Assembly: GCA_963811645.1 (NCBI GenBank)
Contig: CAWERU010000002.1
Location: 1,358,265 to 1,422,264, forward strand
Length of the DNA stretch: 64,000 bases
Source: an uncultured Bacteroidota bacterium
GTDB lineage: Bacteria; Bacteroidota; Bacteroidia; Chitinophagales; Chitinophagaceae
Direction: 5' to 3'
The notes under the pieces are model-generated. The model was not told the origin of the DNA, made no database searches, and saw only the letters and a list, made by a program, of their open reading frames with translations. The translations under genes were made by a program, and so were the position numbers. Shown here in pieces: positions 57,337 through 64,000 of the stretch; within the stretch, counting starts at the first letter, position 1, and each line of letters begins with the position of its first letter.

Positions 57337-60168
57337 TTATAAAGAACTGTTTTTAGATTCTCCTAATTTGGCATGAGCTGCAGCTAAGCGGGCTACAGGA
57401 ACTCTTGGTCCGGAGCATGAAACATAAGTCAGGCCAAGTTCATGACAGAAACGAATTGAATCAGGCTGACCACCATGTTCGCCACAAATTCCAACTTTTA
57501 GTTCAGGATTTGATTTGCGACCCCATTCTACTGCAAATCTCATCAGCTTGCCTACTCCGTTTATATCAATTATCTCAAATGGGTTATCCTGCAGGATATT
57601 TTTTTCTGCATATAAAGGCAGGAATTTATTTTCTGCATCTTCTCGGGAGAATGAGAAGGTGGCCTGCGTTAAGTCATTTGTACCGAATGAGAAGAATTGT
57701 GCTTCTTTTGCCAATTCATCAGCAGTTACACAAGCTCTTACCACTTCTATCATGGTTCCGAACTTGAATACAAGCTTGATTCCTTTTTCAGTTTCGATCT
57801 TTTGTTTTATTTCTTCTACATAAGCTTTTACCTGTTTCAATTCTTCCGCGTTACAAACCTGCGGTACCATAATTTCAGGACGTACTTCGATACCATCTTT
57901 CTGGCATTCTGCAGCAGCTTCAAGCACTGCCTGTATCTGCATTTTATAAATTTCAGGATATGTGAGGCCTAACCTTACTCCGCGGTGGCCCAGCATCGGG
58001 TTTACTTCATACAGGTCATGACTTTTCTTCAGCATTTGTTCTTTCTTCATAATAGCCTGGTCGATAAGTTCTACACCTTTTTCATTAAATGGAAGCTTAG
58101 CTTTTGCATTTTCATCATATGCATGGAGCAGGCGAAGACTGTTGAATAAATTATTTACACCGCTTGCTGTGTCTTTCAGATGACGCAAGTGAATCAGTTC
58201 TTCTTTCAACTCGTCTTCTGTTGGTAAAAATTCATGAATTGGAGGATCGAGTAAACGAACAGTAACCGGCCTAGGCGCCATTGCCGTAAGAATTTCTTTG
58301 AAATCCTGTTTTTGAATTGGCAATAGTTGATTCAAAGCAGCAAGTCTTTCTTCTTCTGTATTAGCAAGGATCATTTCTACTACGATTGGCAAACGTTCAG
58401 GTGCATTGAACATTCTTTCTGTACGACACAAACCAATACCCATAGCCCCGTAGCTCAAAGCTTTTAGCGCTGCTTCAGGAGTATCGGCATTCGCCATTAC
58501 TTTCAACTGTGCGGCTTCATCTGCCCATTGCAATAATGTTCTTAATTCTTCACTGAATGTTGGTTCAACAGTAGGTATCACTCCCTGGTATACATTACCT
58601 GTTCCACCGTCAATTGTAATATAGTCTCCTTCATGTAAAGTTCTTTCGCCAATTTTTGCCTGGCGCAATTTTACATCAACATGAATTCCTTCTGCTCCTG
58701 CTACACAAGGTTTACCCATTCCTCTGGCTACTACAGCTGCATGAGAAGTTTTTCCGCCACGACTGGTAAGAATTCCCTGCGCAGCAAAAAAACCATGAAT
58801 ATCTTCCGGCTTTGTTTCTTCACGAACAAGAATTACTTTCTGACCGGCATGACCTAAAAGTTCTGCTCTGTCTGCATCAAAAACACATTGACCTGAAGCG
58901 GCTCCCGGTGAAGCAGGAAGACCTTGTGCCAATGGTGTTATTTTTTGTGATGAATCCAAGCGGGGGTGCAATAGTTGTTCAAGCATTTCGGGTTTTATTC
59001 TCAACAGCGCTTCTGGTTTTGTGATCAAACCTTCTTTTTCCATTTCAACTGAAGTGCGAACCATGGCAATGGTATTCATTTTACCATTACGTGTTTGCAG
59101 GCAATAAAGAACTCCTTTTTCAATAGTAAATTCAAAATCCTGTATTTCTTTATAATGGCTTTCTAATTTATCGCGAAGCTCTTCTAACTGGCGATACAGG
59201 TCAGGCATTTCTTCCTGTAATTGTAAAACAGGTCTCGGTGTCCTGATACCAGCTACTACATCTTCGCCCTGTGCATTTACAAGATATTCACCAAAGAAAA
59301 TATTTTCACCTGTTCCCGGGTCACGGGTAAAGGCAACACCTGTTGCGCTGTCATTACCCATATTACCAAATACCATTGCCACCACATTCACGGCAGTACC
59401 ATTTGCCAGTTTGGGAGTAATGTTGAACTCACGGCGATAGTCAATGGCTCTCTTTCCCATCCATGAATTGAAAACGGCCTTGATGGCTATTTCTAATTGT
59501 TCATAAACATCTTCAGGGAACGGCTTGCCGGTATGATCTTTTACAACTTGTATAAAACGCTGACTGATTTCTTTTAGATTTTCTGTATTTAAACCAATGT
59601 CAAGTTTTACACCGGCTTTGCGTTTTACATCTTCAAATATTTTATCAAATTTTTCATCAGGCACTCCTAATGCTACTTTACCAAAAAGCTGGATGAAGCG
59701 ACGATAAGCATCATAACTAAACCTTTCATTACCGGTTTGTGCGATAAGGCCCTGCAATGTTTTCTGATTCAATCCTAGATTAAGAATAGTGTCCATCATG
59801 CCGGGCATTGATAAAGCTGAACCGGAACGAACAGAAACCAATAGCGGGTTTTGCGGATCACCAAAGATTTTACCGGATGCCCGTTCTACTTCCTTCATGT
59901 GTTCATTAACCTGTGTAAGAACGCCAGGAGGTAAGGAATGGTCGTCAGTGGCAAGATAAGTGAGACAAGCTTCTGTAGAAATAACAAAGCCCGGAGGAAC
60001 ATTCAGTCCAATCTGGGTCATTTCGCAAAGATTGGCGCCTTTACCCCCCAGTAATTGTTTGTTTTTGCCATCGCCTTCTTTAAATGAGAAGACGAATTTT
60101 TTGTTGGGCTTTTCTTTGTTTATTGAAGGCACTTCTTTTCGAAGGTCCAGTGTATCGGGAGTACTCAT
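57337..60168 (-). CDS. ppdK: pyruvate, phosphate dikinase
   Basis: 943 aa. N-terminal ATP-grasp region (GGKGANLCEMTQIGLNVPPGFVI), the central phospho-histidine domain (GGKTSHAAVVARGMGKPCV) and a C-terminal PEP-utilising TIM barrel. Confidence 0.9.
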   Translation of the reverse strand: MSTPDTLDLRKEVPSINKEKPNKKFVFSFKEGDGKNKQLLGGKGANLCEMTQIGLNVPPGFVISTEACLTYLATDDHSLPPGVLTQVNEHMKEVERASGKIFGDPQNPLLVSVRSGSALSMPGMMDTILNLGLNQKTLQGLIAQTGNERFSYDAYRRFIQLFGKVALGVPDEKFDKIFEDVKRKAGVKLDIGLNTENLKEISQRFIQVVKDHTGKPFPEDVYEQLEIAIKAVFNSWMGKRAIDYRREFNITPKLANGTAVNVVAMVFGNMGNDSATGVAFTRDPGTGENIFFGEYLVNAQGEDVVAGIRTPRPVLQLQEEMPDLYRQLEELRDKLESHYKEIQDFEFTIEKGVLYCLQTRNGKMNTIAMVRTSVEMEKEGLITKPEALLRIKPEMLEQLLHPRLDSSQKITPLAQGLPASPGAASGQCVFDADRAELLGHAGQKVILVREETKPEDIHGFFAAQGILTSRGGKTSHAAVVARGMGKPCVAGAEGIHVDVKLRQAKIGERTLHEGDYITIDGGTGNVYQGVIPTVEPTFSEELRTLLQWADEAAQLKVMANADTPEAALKALSYGAMGIGLCRTERMFNAPERLPIVVEMILANTEEERLAALNQLLPIQKQDFKEILTAMAPRPVTVRLLDPPIHEFLPTEDELKEELIHLRHLKDTASGVNNLFNSLRLLHAYDENAKAKLPFNEKGVELIDQAIMKKEQMLKKSHDLYEVNPMLGHRGVRLGLTYPEIYKMQIQAVLEAAAECQKDGIEVRPEIMVPQVCNAEELKQVKAYVEEIKQKIETEKGIKLVFKFGTMIEVVRACVTADELAKEAQFFSFGTNDLTQATFSFSREDAENKFLPLYAEKNILQDNPFEIIDINGVGKLMRFAVEWGRKSNPELKVGICGEHGGQPDSIRFCHELGLTYVSCSGPRVPVARLAAAHAKLGESKNSSL

Positions 60169-60317
60169 AGAAAAAATTTTTTAATTAGTTAAAGGTAGAC
60201 CTGGTCAAAAAGGCAGAACATGACGAAGTTCAATTGCAGGCATAATAAAAATCATGCAAAGCGATAATGCATAGAAGCTAAATACTTATTTCAGGCTGTA
60301 TATTTGAGCGGATCTGT

Positions 60318-60995
60318 TTATACTGATAACAGGATAGCTACATAGTGACAGATAGCTGCCGCCAATACACATAAATGCCAGAAGGCATGACTGTAAGTAT
60401 ACTTATCCCAGAGATAAAAAACAACACCGAAACTGTAAACAATTCCACCGGCAATTACCATTTGAAAAACAGAACCAGGCATTCTTGAAAAGAAGGAATT
60501 ACCTCCGGCCAGCATGCTCCATCCCATCAGTAAATAAATGGCAGTAGATATAATCTCCCACTTGCCACAAAAGAAAATTTTAAAGATAGTTCCAATAATT
60601 GTCAGCGACCAAAGAATACAAAGAAGAGTGATTCCAAAACTATTGTAGTTATAAATAAGAATCAGGGGAGTGTAAGTTCCGGCGATCAGGTAATAGATAC
60701 TGATATGATCCATTATTTTTAAAGCCCGTTTTACCTTTTCATGCTGAAAACCGTGATATAAAGTAGAAAATGTAAATGCCATTAAAAAAGTAAATCCATA
60801 GATACCTGAACCTACAACTGCATTGAGATTATCACCTTTCACAGAAAGAGTAATAAGAATTGGGATGCTGATAATGCCAAAGAGAATGCCAAAACCATGC
60901 ATAATACTATTCACCAATTCCTGTTTCAACCTTATATCAGGAGTTAATGTTTGCATAAGGAAGAGGTTCTTTTTTGTATGATACAGCAAAATCAT
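60318..60995 (-). CDS. hemolysin III / PAQR-family channel protein
   Basis: 7-TM protein with family motifs (SIMHGFGILFG, STLYHGF, HISIYYLIAGTYTP, SHAFWHLCVLAAAICHY). The start could be the internal MQTLTP at 60956. Confidence 0.8.
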   Translation of the reverse strand: MILLYHTKKNLFLMQTLTPDIRLKQELVNSIMHGFGILFGIISIPILITLSVKGDNLNAVVGSGIYGFTFLMAFTFSTLYHGFQHEKVKRALKIMDHISIYYLIAGTYTPLILIYNYNSFGITLLCILWSLTIIGTIFKIFFCGKWEIISTAIYLLMGWSMLAGGNSFFSRMPGSVFQMVIAGGIVYSFGVVFYLWDKYTYSHAFWHLCVLAAAICHYVAILLSV

Positions 60996-61021
60996 TGCCA
61001 GAAGAAATGATAAAATGTGAA

Positions 61022-61405
61022 TTATAATTTAAGAGTTGATATTTTTTTCCCCTTGAAAAAATTTAAATAAACGGTAATAACAATAATGATTAAAAAAATA
61101 GTGAGAGTTGCATCGTTGACAACAGAAGGATCAATATTTCCTCCGCTGATCTTATCCGCGTAGTATTTTATAAAGGAATTTGGAAGTTTCGTTTCTCCTA
61201 ATTTTTCTTTCACTTTCCATTGCCAGTCTGTGATGGGACAATAGCCCCAGCCAAACCAAATGCCAAGTATAAACCAGGAGAACGTCGTAGCGGCCACAGT
61301 GACCAGGTGTGCTTTTCTTGTTTTTCTCCATATCCATCCAAAGAGGTTAAAGCTGATTAAAACAAAATGTGTGATGGTAAGAAGTATATCGAGGAATATG
61401 AACAA
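61022..61405 (-). CDS. DUF2784-like small membrane protein
   Basis: 127 aa with 3-4 TM segments and a conserved GWGYCPITDWQW segment. Confidence 0.5.
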   Translation of the reverse strand: MFIFLDILLTITHFVLISFNLFGWIWRKTRKAHLVTVAATTFSWFILGIWFGWGYCPITDWQWKVKEKLGETKLPNSFIKYYADKISGGNIDPSVVNDATLTIFLIIIVITVYLNFFKGKKISTLKL

Positions 61406-61601
61406 AGAATTTAAAATTTAAAATGGAAAGTAAATTATCTTTTAAAATCAAAAAGAAAATTCTATTCTAAAAATCTATAGCTTAATAGCAATTGGAAATA
61501 ATCTATCATTGCAAAAAAAACACCTGGCTGTTTTAAAACGAATCAAGGTGTTCCAATATTTCATTTCTTCATAATCGTTCCGATCTACCCCAATCCTGGT
61601 T

Positions 61602-62477
61602 CTAAAACTTAAATTTTTTCAAATACTCAGCATCCGCTTTTGCACAGTCCATCTCAGTAGTATTGTCATAACGTTCCTGCTCTACAATATAATATTTCAT
61701 GCCATTTGCCTTTGCCGTGTCTAATATTTTTTTAAAATCAATACTTCCCTCACCCAAAATACAGGAAGCATCTTCTTCCGTTGATCCCTTAATGCGGTCT
61801 TTTATATGGCATAAACGGAAACGACCTTTGTATTTCTTTAGCCATGCCTCAGGATCCTGACCTGCAGTTATCACCCAATAAATATCCATTTCATAAGTTA
61901 CAGTGTCTTTATTTGTGTTCGCCAGCAAAATATCCAGTGGTACCTGGTCATCTATTGGTTTAAAAATAGCAGAATGGTTGTGATAGCCAAATTGGAGACC
62001 ATTTTTTTTGCAAATTTCCCCGCATTGGTTAAACCTGTCTGCAAGTTTTTTAAAGTCATCAATTGTTTTGGCACTGCTTTCAGAAGGGCTGATCAAATAT
62101 TTCAGGCTAATAGAACCTGCATCGGCCGCTTTTTTTTCAAAGCTGTCTTTATAAATATCATTGCAATGACTCGAGATAACAGTCATTCCGAGGCCATCCA
62201 CATATTTTTTGAAATCAGCGGAGGTCATTCCCCAGAACATTCCTTTACTTCCTTCAAAGCTTTCTATTTGTGTGTAACCATCTTCAGCTAATTGCTTCAG
62301 TACTCCCTGCGGATCTTTTGCAAGTGCGTTTTTTACCGTCCATAACTGCATGCCAAACTTATCCAGTTTTGCAGATCCTGTTACGGTTGAAAAGAGTTTT
62401 CCCGCAACAGGTGCTAATGCAAAGGCTGCTGCAAGATTTCCGCCCATTTTAATAAATTCTCTTCGTTTGTAATTCAT
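61602..62477 (-). CDS. sugar phosphate isomerase/epimerase (xylose-isomerase-like TIM barrel) with Tat signal
   Basis: 291 aa with twin-arginine signal MNYKRREFIKMGGNLAAAFALAPVAG and an AP-endonuclease-2/TIM-barrel core. Confidence 0.75.
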   Translation of the reverse strand: MNYKRREFIKMGGNLAAAFALAPVAGKLFSTVTGSAKLDKFGMQLWTVKNALAKDPQGVLKQLAEDGYTQIESFEGSKGMFWGMTSADFKKYVDGLGMTVISSHCNDIYKDSFEKKAADAGSISLKYLISPSESSAKTIDDFKKLADRFNQCGEICKKNGLQFGYHNHSAIFKPIDDQVPLDILLANTNKDTVTYEMDIYWVITAGQDPEAWLKKYKGRFRLCHIKDRIKGSTEEDASCILGEGSIDFKKILDTAKANGMKYYIVEQERYDNTTEMDCAKADAEYLKKFKF

Positions 62478-62488
62478 AATAAAAATTT

Positions 62489-63091
62489 TTAACCGCCAAG
62501 TCCAACGTATAATTTTTCACCTGGCTTATAATCTATGCAACCATCATAATGCCCCGGTACAGGGTTGTAGCGAAGTGCCTGTTCCATTCCTTCTTTCGAG
62601 GTAAAGTAACCCCAAAGAGTGAGCTGTTTCATTAGCGTAAAATAATGATTGGGCATTTTATCTTTTTGATTTGGATCACTCATTGCATCCGATCTTTTTT
62701 TCTGGTAATCTTTTGCTTCTTTGTCAAGATCTACCAAAAAATCATGACGTTCTTGCGGAGAGCCTTTCATAAACGAATGACCATATTTTTTATCAAACGC
62801 ATCTTTGAGTTGTTTCATACCCTCATGAAAAGTCTTTTGATCATCCTCATCATAACAATCATTTACTATCACTGTCATGAACTGACCAACCTTGGCATCT
62901 TTTGCCCCCGGTGTGCTGGTTTTTGGCAAAATAGTTTCAGAGACCTCATCGAGGTAAGGGATGTCATCTTCGCTGAATGTTAAACCAGTATTTGTTTCAG
63001 GGTTTTTACAACCAGTAAGAAATGCTTCAGCGCCTACCACAGCACCCCCTGTTAATACAGCGATCATTTTTAAGAGTTCTCTTCTATCCAT
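62489..63091 (-). CDS. gluconate 2-dehydrogenase subunit 3-family protein (Tat-exported small subunit partner of GMC oxidoreductases)
   Basis: 200 aa with Tat signal MDRRELLKMIAVLTGGAVVGAEAFLTGC, lying immediately downstream of a GMC oxidoreductase gene. This architecture is typical of the family. Confidence 0.7.
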   Translation of the reverse strand: MDRRELLKMIAVLTGGAVVGAEAFLTGCKNPETNTGLTFSEDDIPYLDEVSETILPKTSTPGAKDAKVGQFMTVIVNDCYDEDDQKTFHEGMKQLKDAFDKKYGHSFMKGSPQERHDFLVDLDKEAKDYQKKRSDAMSDPNQKDKMPNHYFTLMKQLTLWGYFTSKEGMEQALRYNPVPGHYDGCIDYKPGEKLYVGLGG

Positions 63092-63179
63092 ATGTTTTTA
63101 TTTTTTTATTACACTAAAACGTAAGGTTAATTATTCGAAATTCTTTCTTCATAATCTTCACAATCTTATAAATCATGGT

Positions 63180-64000
63180 TCAGACGTTTCCTTTTTTTAA
63201 TTCTTCCACTGCATGGTTTGCCGCTCTCGCCGTAATTGCCATAAAGGTTATTGATGGATTTTGAGTACTGGTAGATGCCATACATGATCCATCAGTTACA
63301 AACACATTGGGACAATTATGGAACTGGTTCCATTTATTCAGCATGGATTTTTTCGGATCTTTTCCCATTCTTACGCCTCCCATTTCATGGATATCTAGTC
63401 CCGGTGCCTGTTTGCTGTCATGAGGCGTAATATTTTTGCAACCCGCTTTATCCAGCATTTCCGCTCCCTGGTCAAGAAAATCTTTCAATACTTTTTCATC
63501 ATTATCATCATAACCTACCGAGGTAATGAGTTGAGGAATGCCCCATTCGTCTTTTTGATCTTTACTTAGTCGCACATGATTGCTTTCTTTCGGAATCGTT
63601 TCACCCTGCATCATCATGTACACCCCCCATCCGCCTGCTTCAGAAAGTTTATCTTTGTATGCGCCTCCCATTTCATCTTCACCTTGTTTCACATCTGCAT
63701 TTCCTCTTGATGCGCCGAAATGTACCATATAACCTCTCAGGAAATCCATTTCCTGTTTATATACATTGCGGAAATTAGGAAGCATGGCACCGGTTGGTTT
63801 CTGTCCATAATAGTATTTATCCAGATATCCATCCATGCTTGCTGTAATAGTTCCGCGGTAATTATGAAATGCCACATATTTTCCCAGCAATCCGTTATCA
63901 TTTCCAAATCCATTGGGGAAGCGATTGGAAATAGAATTCAACAAAATCAGATTAGTATTCAGACAGGCTGCATTTACAAAAATGATTTTGGCAAAATACT
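63180..64000 (-). CDS. GMC-family oxidoreductase, C-terminal part (gene continues beyond the window edge)
   Basis: C-terminal GMC motifs (HEMGGVRMGKDPKKS, NVFVTDGSCMASTSTQNPSITFMAITARAANH). The reading frame stays open from 63944 to 64000. The ORF-track 'M' at 63944 is a TTG codon, so the gene is 5'-truncated by the window. Confidence 0.75.
   Translation of the reverse strand, partial: YFAKIIFVNAACLNTNLILLNSISNRFPNGFGNDNGLLGKYVAFHNYRGTITASMDGYLDKYYYGQKPTGAMLPNFRNVYKQEMDFLRGYMVHFGASRGNADVKQGEDEMGGAYKDKLSEAGGWGVYMMMQGETIPKESNHVRLSKDQKDEWGIPQLITSVGYDDNDEKVLKDFLDQGAEMLDKAGCKNITPHDSKQAPGLDIHEMGGVRMGKDPKKSMLNKWNQFHNCPNVFVTDGSCMASTSTQNPSITFMAITARAANHAVEELKKGNV

Overview
This 64 kb window reads as AT-rich Bacteroidota chromosome, probably Sphingobacteriia or Chitinophagia type. 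It is densely coding, with about 50 CDS, and the envelope features fit that phylum: TonB-dependent receptors with N-terminal carboxypeptidase-regulatory domains, a TamB-like giant protein, flotillin, an ECF sigma/anti-sigma pair, many signal-peptide proteins and several Tat-signal periplasmic oxidoreductases. Confidently recognisable housekeeping genes are smpB, cmoA, ribBA, purC, manA, xerD, ggt and the pyruvate,phosphate dikinase gene. I found no rRNA, tRNA, CRISPR array, transposase or phage integrase. Some ORF-track entries translate non-ATG starts as M (for example TTG at 63944) and several carry spurious N-terminal extensions; I adjusted starts where the signal peptide or a conserved N-terminus made the true start clear. 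The best candidate for an undescribed system is a two-gene operon at 6655..8764 that pairs an ATP-grasp ligase with a YbdK/GCS2-type carboxylate-amine ligase, the same fold pairing as GshA/GshB. A divergently transcribed esterase and an adjacent TonB-dependent receptor sit beside it. I read this as a possible low-molecular-weight gamma-glutamyl/thiol or small amide-metabolite pathway in a phylum whose LMW thiol chemistry is poorly defined. Further candidates are an arginine deiminase plus CtlX-like citrulline hydrolase pair (52917..55357), a sodium:solute symporter operon with two unannotated micro-ORFs and an 826-aa PIG-L deacetylase fusion (26197..30919), a PAP2 lipid phosphatase upstream of the TamB-like gene, an anti-sigma factor with a TonB C-terminal domain, a signal-peptide-bearing ASKHA (Ppx/GppA or NTPDase-like) phosphatase, and a small secreted Tyr/Pro-rich protein.
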